The notes beneath the pieces are model-generated. The model ran no database searches and was not told the DNA's origin. It saw nothing but the letters and a program-made list of their open reading frames with translations. The position numbers and the translations under genes were made by a program. From an uncultured Clostridia bacterium (GTDB lineage: Bacteria > Bacillota > Clostridia > TANB77 > CAG-508): a stretch of 64,000 nucleotides of DNA. The stretch lies in NCBI GenBank assembly GCA_944389125.1, contig CALXLF010000012.1, positions 60 to 64,059 on the forward strand, written 5' to 3'. Each line of letters starts with the position of its first letter. The stretch's first letter is position 1. Of this stretch, positions 40,398 through 50,456 are shown piece by piece.

Positions 40398-40832
40398 TTA
40401 TTTTTCAATAATTATAGTTACAGGTCCATCATTTATAAGTGAAACTTCCATATGAGCTCCAAAAATTCCTTTTTGAACTTCTATTCCCTGTTCTTTACAT
40501 TTTTCACAAAAATATTCATATAATTCGTTTGCCTGTTCGGGTCTTGCTGCTTCTATAAAAGATGGTCTATTCCCATCTGCTGTATTTGCATAAAGTGTAA
40601 ATTGTGAAATTAAAAGCAATTTTCCGTCAACGTCTTTTAAACTTAAATTCATTTTTTCATTTTCATCTTCAAAAACTCTTAACTTACACAATTTTTTAGC
40701 TAAATAATCAGCATTTTCCTTTGTATCAGTATGAGTTACTCCAACTAAAACCATGAAACCTTTATCTATTTTTCCAACGATTTCACCATCTACTTTTACA
40801 TCTGCTTGTTTTACTCTTTGAACAACAATTTT
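40398..40832 (-). CDS. dtd: D-aminoacyl-tRNA deacylase
   Basis: MKIVVQRV...SQFTLYA...[16 protein letters not shown], the canonical Dtd pattern; start placed at internal Met of the 149-aa ORF. Confidence 0.8.
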   Translation of the reverse strand, partial: KIVVQRVKQADVKVDGEIVGKIDKGFMVLVGVTHTDTKENADYLAKKLCKLRVFEDENEKMNLSLKDVDGKLLLISQFTLYANTADGNRPSFIEAARPEQANELYEYFCEKCKEQGIEVQKGIFGAHMEVSLINDGPVTIIIEK

Positions 40833-41048
40833 CATTTTATCCTCCAATTTTAATATAGATTTTTAGCTATATTATCATAATTAAAGGATTTTGTCTATCA
40901 AAATACATAAGATGGCATAAATTGATTTGCTGCATAATATGGCTGGTTATTGTAGTATGGAAATCTTCTAACATTTCTTTTTGATATCAATTCACGAATT
41001 ACCAAAATTCGAATTAAATCTTTTAACAATAAGTTTGAACCATTTTGA

Positions 41049-41540
41049 CTATTGCTTCCGTGATTGGCTTTGATTATTACTACTTGAATTTGCTACACTA
41101 TAAGAAGATGTTTGCATATTTTGATTATTATTTGAGCTAGAAGTATTAGAATTACTTGAACTAGACATATTTCTTTGGCTTGATGAATTTGAATTGCAAT
41201 TTTGCGCTGAATTCTGCGCTGAATTTAAATCTCCTTCAACAATATTATAAATAGTATCAGTTGTATTCGTAACAATTTCATCATTTATAACTTGAAAATT
41301 ATTTTCTGATGTAACTTTTTGAACTACTGGATAAACAATTCTATAAATACTTGGATATAAATTATTGATATTATTTCCGCAATTTTGCATTCCACCCATA
41401 TATCCTCCATTATTCATATATCCAGGTCCTACCATATAACCAGATGCACCAGGATTTGCTTGAAATGCCATATTATTTCCAGCTAGCCCATTATAATAAA
41501 AAATATCTCTCATATAATCATCGTAACTTGGATAAAACAT
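41049..41540 (-). CDS. Low-complexity N/S/Q/G-rich protein (spore-coat or prion-like composition)
   Basis: ORF with AAGGAGG RBS upstream of MFYPSYDDY; C-terminal half is almost pure N/S/Q. Confidence 0.45.
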   Translation of the reverse strand: MFYPSYDDYMRDIFYYNGLAGNNMAFQANPGASGYMVGPGYMNNGGYMGGMQNCGNNINNLYPSIYRIVYPVVQKVTSENNFQVINDEIVTNTTDTIYNIVEGDLNSAQNSAQNCNSNSSSQRNMSSSSNSNTSSSNNNQNMQTSSYSVANSSSNNQSQSRKQ

Positions 41541-41706
41541 ATTAATTCCTCCTTTAACCAAACTATATGAAAATATATACAATTTATGAATTTATTTTTA
41601 AATTTTAGACCAATTTTTAAAGTTAAAAAATTATATTGATATTTTCAAAATATCGTTATATAATGCAGAAAGTTAAATATAAGCTTTTTAAGAAAGGAGC
41701 TTTTTT

Positions 41707-42324
41707 ATGAGTAACTGGTATTTAGATTTTGATAGCACTTTGTATGACACATCATCTTTAACAACTGACATGTTAGAAACTATGGCTTTACATATAGATA
41801 AATTAAATAAAGATATTATCTTAAAAGAATTAAAAAGTCTTTTTAATAGAGAACATATTTATAATATATTTAATCTATGTGATTATTTTGAAAAGAAATA
41901 TTCTTTAAAATCAAATTCTCTTTTGAATCCAGTCAAAGAAGTTATTGAAAATGGATCTAAATATGTTTATGAAGATGTCATTTCTTTTTTAAATAAATTA
42001 AAAGAGAAAAATAATACTATTCAAATGCTAACATCTTCAACAGTAAAAGAAAATATTGAATTTCAAGAATTAAAAGTAAAAGGTTCTGGAATTTCAAATT
42101 ATTTTGATGTAATTACTATTACTGCAGAGCCAAAATATACTTTAGATTTAAAATATGAAAACGGAATCTTTATAGATGATAACCCTGAAGATTTAGAAAA
42201 TTTATATAAAGTAAATGGAAAAAGAATAATTCGTATAAAAAGGAAAAATGGAAAATATTCAAACAAAACATTAAATATTTCAAAAATTGAAGAATATACT
42301 ACACTATCAGAAATATTAATATAA
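41707..42324 (+). CDS. HAD-superfamily hydrolase-like protein
   Basis: DFDSTL (DxDxT motif I) at N-terminus, IFIDDNPED motif IV-like. Confidence 0.45.
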   Translation: MSNWYLDFDSTLYDTSSLTTDMLETMALHIDKLNKDIILKELKSLFNREHIYNIFNLCDYFEKKYSLKSNSLLNPVKEVIENGSKYVYEDVISFLNKLKEKNNTIQMLTSSTVKENIEFQELKVKGSGISNYFDVITITAEPKYTLDLKYENGIFIDDNPEDLENLYKVNGKRIIRIKRKNGKYSNKTLNISKIEEYTTLSEILI

Positions 42325-42342
42325 AGAGGAGGAACTTATTTT

Positions 42343-43333
42343 ATGATGGAACGAAAAAAGATAGTTATTTTTGGTGGAGGAACTGGAACAAGTTATGTTT
42401 TAAAAGGTTTAAAATATTTCCCAGTAGATATAACAGCTGTAATCACTGTTTCTGACAGTGGTAGCTCAACAGGAAGATTAAGAAAAGAATTTTCAACTCC
42501 GGCAGTAGGAGATATTAGAAAGGTTTTAAGTAATCTATCTACATTACCTGACGAAATTAGAGATGTAATGGAATATAGATTATCAATACCAGGAAACGAT
42601 TTAGATGGTCATGCAATGGGAAATTTAGTTTTAACATCTTTACTTAAAGAAACTGGAAGTCTAAAAACAAGTATAGAATATTTAAGTAAATTACTAGATG
42701 TAAAACATAAAGTACTTCCACTTTCAGAAGATTACTTAACTTTAATGGGAGAAACTATTGATGGAGAAATCATTGAAGGTGAAGATACAATAACTAAAGC
42801 TAGAAAAAAATATAAAAGATTTTTCTATAAAGAAAACCCTCATGTAGTACCAGAGGTATTTGACAAAGTAAAAGATGCAGATTTAATTATTTTAAGTATG
42901 GGAAGTCTTTATACAAGCGTTTTACCTCATTTACTTTGTAAAGATTTAGTTGAAGCTATTAGAAAATCAAAAGCAAAAAAAATGTATATCTGTAATGCAA
43001 TGACTCAACCACGGTGAGACAGATGACTTTGGTGTTAGTGATCATGTTAATTTCTTGGAAAGTTATTTAGGAAAAGGCACAATAGATAGCGTAATTGTTA
43101 GTACAACAGAAATACCTGAAGAGATGTTAAAAAAATATGAAACTGAAGAACAAAAAAATCTTGTTAAAGTAGATTATGAAAATATGAGAAATGCTAAATA
43201 TGAAGTAATAGAATCTGATTTACTTACTACAGTTGATGGAACTATTAAACACAATAGTTTAAAACTTAGTTCAATTATATTTTTCCAATTAATGAACAAC
43301 AATGAAGATGAACAGAAAAAAATTAAATTTTAG
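42343..43333 (+). pseudogene. yvcK: yvcK (gluconeogenesis factor/CofD-like, UPF0052) interrupted by a +1 frameshift near 43017
   Basis: GGGTG...VSDSGSSTGRLR...GDIRKV N-terminus; ...CNAMTQP R* then GETDDFGVSDHVNFLESYLGKGTID continues in the +1 frame (extra C in caacca[c]ggtgag). Confidence 0.65.
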
Positions 43334-43339
43334 AGCAAA

Positions 43340-43373
43340 AAAGATACCTCTTAGACAAGAGGTATCTTTTTTG
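43340..43373. terminator. Bidirectional terminator between convergent genes
   Basis: aaaagatacctctt-agacaagaggtatctttttt palindrome. Confidence 0.6.
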
Positions 43374-43377
43374 GTTT

Positions 43378-43758
43378 TTAACCAACATTTCCTTCGGCAA
43401 ATTTTTGAATAATTCCTAATATTGCTGAAGCTGCAAATAATATAATTGCACCAACAATATAAATTGTTGAATTTTTCTTAATTTCAGCTTTACCTTCTGG
43501 TGAAGCAGCTATGTATTGAATAGCAAGTACTATTAACATGATAATAGCAACACCAGCACCAATAATTCTAGCAATATAGATTATAGAACCTATAATATTA
43601 GAAACTGCATTTGAAGCACCACTATTATCTTCTTTACCTTCAAAACGATTTAAATCAACAGATAAATTTGCAGCTGATACAACTTGTGTAAAAGCTGTTA
43701 CTAACATTACTGCTACCATTAAAGCTACTACTATTTTCATAACTTTCTTTGCTTTCAT
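43378..43758 (-). CDS. Orphan VirB2/TrbC-like pilin candidate (126 aa), fourth paralog, 9 kb away from the T4SS-like operon
   Basis: Signal peptide ...VVSA; PEGKAEIKKNSTIYIVGAIILFAASAILGIIQKFAEGN nearly matches 33903..34283 product. Confidence 0.55.
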   Translation of the reverse strand: MKAKKVMKIVVALMVAVMLVTAFTQVVSAANLSVDLNRFEGKEDNSGASNAVSNIIGSIIYIARIIGAGVAIIMLIVLAIQYIAASPEGKAEIKKNSTIYIVGAIILFAASAILGIIQKFAEGNVG

Positions 43759-43926
43759 AATAAATCCTCCTTTATATAATTACTACACATACTATTTCAA
43801 AAAGTATAATATTACTTACGTTAATTTTACTTCAAAAAAATCCATTTGTAAATACTTTTTTGAAATTTTATGAACGCTTTTGTCTAATTATAGCAGATTT
43901 TCAAGATTTATGCAAAATAATCTAAT

Positions 43927-44655
43927 TTACTTATTAATAAAGAATTTATTTACAAATTTTAAATTTGGAACTTTTAATAATCTATTTACAGTAATTTCCT
44001 GTGGTGTATAAGTAGCTATTACTAACATTACTTTTTGTATAGGATTAAAAATAGTATCTAAAACGAACATATCTCTAATTCTAAATTTAACTCCTTTTTT
44101 ATTTAAATAATCACATGTAAAAAGTTTACAACCTATGCTTTTTATAGAACATCTTCCATCTTCTTGAAGATACTTACAAGTTACCAATTTATATTTAAAT
44201 CCTAAAGGACCTAAAGGATTTGCAAAATAATGGCAACATCCTGTAACTGAATCTGTTCCCTGCTTTCCGCCACATTTATTATCACAAAAATCACATACAT
44301 TTTTGCTATAAAAATGTAAATCTAAATAATCACATGCTAAAACATAGACTCTATTATATAAATCTTTTATATTTTTTGCTTTTGCAATTGCTTCAACTAA
44401 ATTCACAAAATTTACAATTAATAAATTATCTTTTTTGTAATTATAAACATTTATATTTATTTCTTTTTTAATTTCAAGCCATTTTTTATATTTTATTACT
44501 TTTTTTATATCTTTTTTTAGTTTTCTTTTAGAATCTAATGCATTAATTTTAAATGTAATCTTATTAGTTCTAATAGTTCTTTTATTAAGATCTTGTATTG
44601 TAATTTCTTCTGAATTATCAAACTTATCTTTATCATAATTAATATTAAAATCCAT
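43927..44655 (-). CDS. Cysteine-rich protein (putative Zn/Fe-S binding, YkgJ/CxxCxxCC-like)
   Basis: CDFCDNKC...GCCHY...C..C pattern in a 242-aa ORF; family uncertain. Confidence 0.35.
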   Translation of the reverse strand: MDFNINYDKDKFDNSEEITIQDLNKRTIRTNKITFKINALDSKRKLKKDIKKVIKYKKWLEIKKEININVYNYKKDNLLIVNFVNLVEAIAKAKNIKDLYNRVYVLACDYLDLHFYSKNVCDFCDNKCGGKQGTDSVTGCCHYFANPLGPLGFKYKLVTCKYLQEDGRCSIKSIGCKLFTCDYLNKKGVKFRIRDMFVLDTIFNPIQKVMLVIATYTPQEITVNRLLKVPNLKFVNKFFINK

Positions 44656-44794
44656 ATTTTACTCCCCAATTTTCAATCTTAAATTTATGGTATTATCATT
44701 TTTAGAATTTGTCAAGTAAAACTAAATTTTTTGTTGAAAATGTGATTTTTTTGTGTTATTATCTGAATTATTAATTTGAAAGGACTTGATGTAA

Positions 44795-45361
44795 ATGGAA
44801 AGAAAAGCTGCTATTGAATTATTAAAAAAATATAATACAGAGGAATTTCATTTAAGACATGCTCTTACAGTGGAACAAGTAATGAGATATTTTGCAAAAG
44901 AATATGGATATGATGAAAATTTCTGGGGCTTAGTTGGCCTTTTACATGATATAGATTTTGAAAAATATCCAGATGAACATTGCAAAAAAGCACCTGAATT
45001 ATTAGCTGAAATAAATGCTCCTGAAGATATGGTACATGCAATTTGTAGCCATGGATATGGAATCTGCTCAGATATAAAACCAGAACACGAAATGGAAAAA
45101 ATATTATTTGCTATTGATGAACTAACTGGATTAATCTGGGCAGCTGCAAAAATGAGGCCATCTAAAAGTACAAAAGATATGGAAGTATCAAGTTTAAAAA
45201 AGAAATTTAAAGACAAAAAATTTGCAGCAGGATGTTCAAGAGAAACTATATCAAAAGGTGCAGAAGAACTAGGCTGGGAATTAAATGAGCTTTTTGAAAA
45301 AACAATTCAAGCTATGCGTGCTAGTGAAGATATTATTGAAGAAGAAATTAAAAATTTATAG
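44795..45361 (+). CDS. HD-domain phosphohydrolase-like protein
   Basis: LLHDIDFEKYPDEH HD motif; 188 aa. Confidence 0.55.
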   Translation: MERKAAIELLKKYNTEEFHLRHALTVEQVMRYFAKEYGYDENFWGLVGLLHDIDFEKYPDEHCKKAPELLAEINAPEDMVHAICSHGYGICSDIKPEHEMEKILFAIDELTGLIWAAAKMRPSKSTKDMEVSSLKKKFKDKKFAAGCSRETISKGAEELGWELNELFEKTIQAMRASEDIIEEEIKNL

Positions 45362-45435
45362 AAAAAAACGAAACAAACCACTTGACAATGCAATTTTATC
45401 GCAGTATAATATTGTCTGTGCTTAAAATGCATTAT

Positions 45436-45511
45436 CGAGGTGTGGCTCAGTTGGTAGAGCGCGTGGTTTGGGACCATGAGGTCGCAGGTTCGATCCCTGT
45501 CACCTCGACCA
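45436..45511 (+). tRNA. tRNA-Pro (anticodon TGG); integration target of the IME
   Basis: Acceptor CGAGGTG/CACCTCG, D arm GCTCAGTTGGTAGAGC, anticodon loop TTTGGGA, T arm GCAGGTTCGATCCCTGT, ACCA. Confidence 0.85.
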
Positions 45512-45567
45512 TCTTAAATGTCTGAAAATATTGATTTTCAGGCATTTTTAATTTTTATAAATCTTTA
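45500..45567. repeat. Left 68-bp direct repeat (att site) covering the last 12 nt of tRNA-Pro plus 56 bp downstream
   Basis: Identical 68-mer tcacctcgaccatcttaaatgtctgaaaatattgattttcaggcatttttaatttttataaatcttta recurs at 55739..55806. Confidence 0.85.
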
Positions 45568-45868
45568 TAAATTTCTATAAATTTTAGGTAGTTTTTTATA
45601 TTCACTCCCAAATCCACTCCCCATAATTTATTTTTTTTTTTTAAATTGGGAGTGAATATATATATTTCATGAAAGCATTTATATATAAATAAAAAGTAAC
45701 ATTTTTTTAGCTTTATTCACTCCCCAAAACTCTCCAAAAATATTTTATAATCTTTATTAATATTTATTATATTTTTTAAATATTTTATTTTAAATATTAA
45801 AAATATATTTTATTTTTTTATACTTTTTTGGAGAGTAAATTAAATTAAATTCACTCCCATTTATAAAA

Positions 45869-47065
45869 CTATCTTTCTGATTTTTCATTTGTAGGTAAAT
45901 CTAATAATTCATTAGGTAATAATGAATTATTTAAATAATATTCATTTACTTTGTTTAATTCAGTCTGTTTATATTTGTTAAATACAGATGTATATGTGTT
46001 TAGTGTTATACTAATATCAGTATGTCCCATTAACCTTTGAAGAGCAACTGCTCTCATACCTGCTTCAATACACCTTGTACCATAAGTATGTCTTAAACTA
46101 TGTGTCGTAATATCTGTAATATTAAAATTGTCTCTTAATATTTTCTTTAATGCAATATTTGCATTTCTTGGGTCAACTAAATTTCCTTTTGAACTTAAAA
46201 ATAATTGATTATCTTTATTATTTTTTCCTTGTTCCATTTGTTCAATAATAAATGGGTTTATAAATTGTGGTATTGGTAAATCTCTTATTCCCGCATAAGT
46301 TTTTGTCGTTTCTCCCATAATTACTTTTTCATTTTTATCAGTGGTTAATGTTTTATCTACTCTTAATAAATTATGTTTTAAATCTATATCCATATTTTGT
46401 AATGCTAAAACTTCTCCTATTCTTAATCCCATATACATTTGTATTAAAAAAGCATTTTTATATGGACATTCTTTTAATGATTTATTGACTAAAAAATCCG
46501 TTAATAATTGTTGCTCTTCTACCTCTAAAGCTCTAACAACTTTATCTTTTTTATTACTTTTAGGTTTAACTACATCTATCATTGGATTTCTTGCAATATA
46601 TCCTTTATCCATTGCATATTTAAAAGCTTGTGAATATTGTTCATAAATTTTTTTAATATAAGAATTGCTATAATCTTTTAAGGTATTAAAATATCCTTGC
46701 AATTCTTCTGCGTCAATTTCTTCAATACTTTTATGAGATATATAAGATTTCTCTATTACTTTTATTGTTTGCTCTATTCTTGTAAATTGTCTTTCTTTTA
46801 TTAAATTCATATCTAATTTTTTCTGCAAATTTACTCTCATAAGTTCATTTATTGGTATCCCATTATTTTTTATATATAATGGGTTTTCTTTTTGATACAT
46901 AAGCGTACTTAAATATTTTTTTCCTTCTTCTTCTGAAGAAAAAGCCTTTGTCTTTCTTGATGTTTTTCCTGTATTAAAATCTGTAACATACCTTTGCACT
47001 ATCCATTTATTTTTACTTTTATCAAAAAATAAACTACCTGCACCAGAACCCGATTTTTTAGGCAT
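45869..47065 (-). CDS. int: Tyrosine site-specific recombinase (phage integrase family)
   Basis: C-terminal R...HSLRHTYGTR...LMGHTDISITLNTY catalytic motif. Confidence 0.85.
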   Translation of the reverse strand: MPKKSGSGAGSLFFDKSKNKWIVQRYVTDFNTGKTSRKTKAFSSEEEGKKYLSTLMYQKENPLYIKNNGIPINELMRVNLQKKLDMNLIKERQFTRIEQTIKVIEKSYISHKSIEEIDAEELQGYFNTLKDYSNSYIKKIYEQYSQAFKYAMDKGYIARNPMIDVVKPKSNKKDKVVRALEVEEQQLLTDFLVNKSLKECPYKNAFLIQMYMGLRIGEVLALQNMDIDLKHNLLRVDKTLTTDKNEKVIMGETTKTYAGIRDLPIPQFINPFIIEQMEQGKNNKDNQLFLSSKGNLVDPRNANIALKKILRDNFNITDITTHSLRHTYGTRCIEAGMRAVALQRLMGHTDISITLNTYTSVFNKYKQTELNKVNEYYLNNSLLPNELLDLPTNEKSER

Positions 47066-47077
47066 AGCACATCACAC

Positions 47078-47365
47078 TTACACCCTTCTATCCATTTTCC
47101 ATATCAAATAAGCAAGTAATGTTACTGTTTTAGGCTTTCCTAAATTAACAGAAGGAAAATCATCTCTTTTAAATATTTGATTTGCCATATTTTCTCCCAT
47201 TTTTAAGTCTTTTGCTACATCTTGTACTGTTAAATTTATAAAAGGATTTTTTATTTGCTTAATAGCTTCTATTATCATTAATTCTTTTAGTGTCAATTTC
47301 TCTTTTGTATCAATTACTTTTTCTTTTACATCATTCATATTTTTATTACCTTTCTTTATCTTCAA
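47078..47365 (-). CDS. Small HTH DNA-binding protein, excisionase-like
   Basis: 95-aa ORF immediately upstream of int; LTVQDVAKDLKMGENMANQIFK HTH-like segment. Confidence 0.45.
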   Translation of the reverse strand: MKIKKGNKNMNDVKEKVIDTKEKLTLKELMIIEAIKQIKNPFINLTVQDVAKDLKMGENMANQIFKRDDFPSVNLGKPKTVTLLAYLIWKMDRRV

Positions 47366-47627
47366 AATTTGTATTTTTTGCTAAACATAAACCTTCTATA
47401 AATGCTTCAACTTCATTCCATGATTTAAAACAACTTTTATTATCTATGGAGTACCAATCATTTCTACCTAAATCGTTTTTATCAACTATTGCAATTGCCT
47501 TGTTATATGTATAAATACTTGAAGTTGTTAGTAGCAATATTTTTTTGTCACTATTAGACAACATATATTCATTTAGTCCATTAATTCTTTTTTGAATCTC
47601 TGTTTTATTCATATAATTACACCCCAT
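47346..47627 (-). CDS. Hypothetical IME protein (93 aa)
   Basis: ORF in operon with overlapping neighbours. Confidence 0.4.
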   Translation of the reverse strand: MGCNYMNKTEIQKRINGLNEYMLSNSDKKILLLTTSSIYTYNKAIAIVDKNDLGRNDWYSIDNKSCFKSWNEVEAFIEGLCLAKNTNFEDKER

Positions 47628-48138
47628 TTTTTATAATTTTATTTAATAGCTTTTCTATTTTAGTAAGAACATTTATAATTTTTGTATTATATTCTGAAAA
47701 TTGCTGATTTTTCTCATCAAAGCTTTTCTCATATTGTTTAGCTATCTCTTTAAAATTAATTGGTCTAATTTTAGTTTTAATATTAAAGCTTTTATTATTT
47801 AAATCATTTAAATACCAAATAATCTCTTCTTGAGATAAGCTTTTAAATTCTCTCTCCTTTTTATCAATATTAACTAAAATAAAATCTCCTCCTATTTTTC
47901 CTAAAATTAAAGCTATATTAGGTGTCATATCTTCCATTAACTCTTTATTGTTACAAACTATAAAGGCGCTTTCATAAGGTATTATAATTAGTTTTTTATT
48001 TATAATTTCTCTTTTTAGTTTTTGCATATTATCAATAATTTTTACTTCTGGATTTTTTTGTGGCTCTTTATATAAAACTCTAATAACATTTGTATTTTGA
48101 GATTTAGTAATAATTTTATCTAAAGTCTTTTCTTTCAT
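47617..48138 (-). CDS. Hypothetical IME protein (173 aa)
   Basis: ORF; overlaps neighbours by few codons. Confidence 0.4.
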   Translation of the reverse strand: MKEKTLDKIITKSQNTNVIRVLYKEPQKNPEVKIIDNMQKLKREIINKKLIIIPYESAFIVCNNKELMEDMTPNIALILGKIGGDFILVNIDKKEREFKSLSQEEIIWYLNDLNNKSFNIKTKIRPINFKEIAKQYEKSFDEKNQQFSEYNTKIINVLTKIEKLLNKIIKNGV

Positions 48139-48530
48139 ATTTTGTTATTACCTTTCTTAAGTTTACTTGCCTTATAAAGTAACCTTAAATTATTTTTGAA
48201 GTGCATTATAGCTTTATTTCTTAAAGATATAACTTGATTCTTTTGTAATTTTAATCTTTTACAAATATCGTTTAATCTAACATTTTCAATATATGATAGA
48301 TATAACACTTTTCTTTCAAGCAACGGGACTGTTTTCATTGCTAAATAATAAGTTTCATCTGTAAAGATATTTTCCAAATGGTTTATATTTACATCAGAGT
48401 TATCAGCTTCTTGCATAGATTTTTGATATAAACTATTTTCAAGTATCTTCTTTATTTCTTCATTAGGCATTTGTACATCATTTGTAAAATTAAAATTTTG
48501 ATTTTTCATTTTTCTAAAACTCCTTTTCAA
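48135..48530 (-). CDS. Sigma-70 region-4-like HTH regulatory protein
   Basis: LNDICKRLKLQKNQVISLRNKAIMHFKNNL resembles sigma region 4.2 HTH (Tn916 Orf7-like regulators). Confidence 0.4.
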   Translation of the reverse strand: MKRSFRKMKNQNFNFTNDVQMPNEEIKKILENSLYQKSMQEADNSDVNINHLENIFTDETYYLAMKTVPLLERKVLYLSYIENVRLNDICKRLKLQKNQVISLRNKAIMHFKNNLRLLYKASKLKKGNNKI

Positions 48531-48709
48531 GAATTTTAGATTTCCGGAAATCTTATTTATTCGAACTACCTAAAGTTTAGCATGAATTTTAAACATAATC
48601 GCAAAAAAGTATCAAAGTAGTTCAAAATGGTTCAAATTGGTTCACGTGTAAAGCATTTATGCTTTACAAGCACAAATAAAAAAAGAACTGCTGATAATTT
48701 AGCAATCCT

Positions 48710-49105
48710 TTAATCTTTATATTTTAATACTATGATACTAATAAACCTACTTGGCGAAAGATAAAAAGCATCAAATCGTAAATTTAGATATTTTTCAAAT
48801 CCATTTTTAGCTTTTATATAATCAATTCTATAAAGAGAATTTTTAATATTACTTTTTATATTCTTTTTCTCATAATGCTTATCTTTTATAAAAAGATTTA
48901 ATATCTCTTTATATGAGTAATCATACAGATTATTTAAAACTATAAATTCTATTATTTCTTTAATATATATTGTGCCTTTACTAGCAGGATTTAAACCTAA
49001 CTCAAAAAGCATAGTATATAATAAATATGAAACTTCTACTTTATCTTTAGTACAAGTATCATATTCACTTTTCATATAACTATCCTTTCTATTAGATTTA
49101 ATCAT
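48710..49105 (-). CDS. Hypothetical IME protein (131 aa)
   Basis: ORF. Confidence 0.35.
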   Translation of the reverse strand: MIKSNRKDSYMKSEYDTCTKDKVEVSYLLYTMLFELGLNPASKGTIYIKEIIEFIVLNNLYDYSYKEILNLFIKDKHYEKKNIKSNIKNSLYRIDYIKAKNGFEKYLNLRFDAFYLSPSRFISIIVLKYKD

Positions 49106-49309
49106 TTTATAGGTATATTGTATTCTAATTATGTAAACAATTCAAAGGATAGCTAAATTGCATTATATGCAACTTTATTTGCACTCCATGCAACTTTTTA
49201 ATAAAAAATAGTTATTTTAAGCAAAAATCAATCAAATATATTAATTAAAATAATAAAATATTTTAAAAAGTACAAAATGTTGCATTTTACGCAACATTTA
49301 AAAATATAA

Positions 49310-49345
49310 AAAAGGAGACTACTATAGTCTCCTTTCTTTTTGGTC
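49310..49345 (+). terminator. Rho-independent terminator
   Basis: aggagactactatagtctcct hairpin followed by ttcttttt. Confidence 0.55.
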
Positions 49346-49696
49346 TAGCAACCTCCACCACCACCGTGGAAATGTTACGAACTTCTTTTGCATTTTTTTC
49401 ATAAGTTGAACGTCCCCTTTCATTAGTCTCTATTTTCTTGTAGCATAAAGTAGAACATCCAACTTACCGGAGGTTCTAAAGATTGAGCCTTCGCACCAGC
49501 TCAACTATAACTTTATGTTACAATCAAGCTTATGCTTGAGCAAAAATCTTTTTAGACCTTTACCAAAATAGGTGTTATAAATATATAATATCATGTAAAG
49601 TCTTAGAAATCAAACTTTTCAAACCTTTTAAGGTTATTATATTGATTAAATTATAAAAAAATAGTATAATAAATATTGTTAAAGGAGGGTTAAATT

Positions 49697-50401
49697 ATGT
49701 CTAACTTTGATAGTAAAGATTTTGGGGAAAGACTTAAAAATTACAGATTAAAAAAAGGATTAAGTCAAGAAAATATTGCTAAAGCTCTACATAAAGATAA
49801 AGCAACTATTAGCAGATACGAAAAAGGAGAAATTTTACCAAATGTTAGAGATATTAGTATAATTTGTGAGGAATTAGGCATATATGAAGCCGATTTATAT
49901 GGAAATGAAACTAATAGAACAACACAACATAATAAATCAAGAAACCCTTTTAATACTGATAAATTATATGTTTATTTTAATGCCTATAATTTTAGAACAA
50001 AAAAATTTGCTCCTGATAAGTATATATTAGAATTAGAGCAAAAACAAAATATATGTAAGGCAAAATTTGTAGATTATCACGATAAAAGAATATATTCAGA
50101 AGGATATTTAATATGCAATGATGAAATTGCTTTTGTTGTAATGGAAAATTACAAACCAACCAGCAGTCGTGTAGATGTTGCAGTTCTTGAAATAAATATT
50201 TGCAATGGAACTGACGGACTAATGCTTGGCGGTTATTTTGGAACAAATGCAAAATGTGAACCTAGTTTAAGAAAATGCTACTTTTCAAAGAAAAATATTG
50301 AATTTACAAAAAAAATGTTTGAACAATTAAAACTAAATGAAAATGAACAAAAAATATTAAATAATCAAAATGCTTTGTATTTGGATATATTTAATGTTTA
50401 A
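49697..50401 (+). CDS. XRE-family HTH transcriptional regulator with C-terminal domain
   Basis: N-terminal LKKGLSQENIAKALHKDKATISRYEKGEILP HTH_3 pattern; RBS AAAGGAGGG. Confidence 0.7.
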   Translation: MSNFDSKDFGERLKNYRLKKGLSQENIAKALHKDKATISRYEKGEILPNVRDISIICEELGIYEADLYGNETNRTTQHNKSRNPFNTDKLYVYFNAYNFRTKKFAPDKYILELEQKQNICKAKFVDYHDKRIYSEGYLICNDEIAFVVMENYKPTSSRVDVAVLEINICNGTDGLMLGGYFGTNAKCEPSLRKCYFSKKNIEFTKKMFEQLKLNENEQKILNNQNALYLDIFNV

Positions 50402-50456
50402 TAAATAAAAGATATCAAAAGTATAAATTTGATATCTTTTATTTTAACTTATTAAA

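Noticed and set aside
44848-45216. 122-aa antisense ORF inside the HD-domain gene; similarly 46341..46646 in int, 36007..36411 in cvpA, 63654..63929 in cadA
   Set aside because: Embedded antisense ORFs without independent signals
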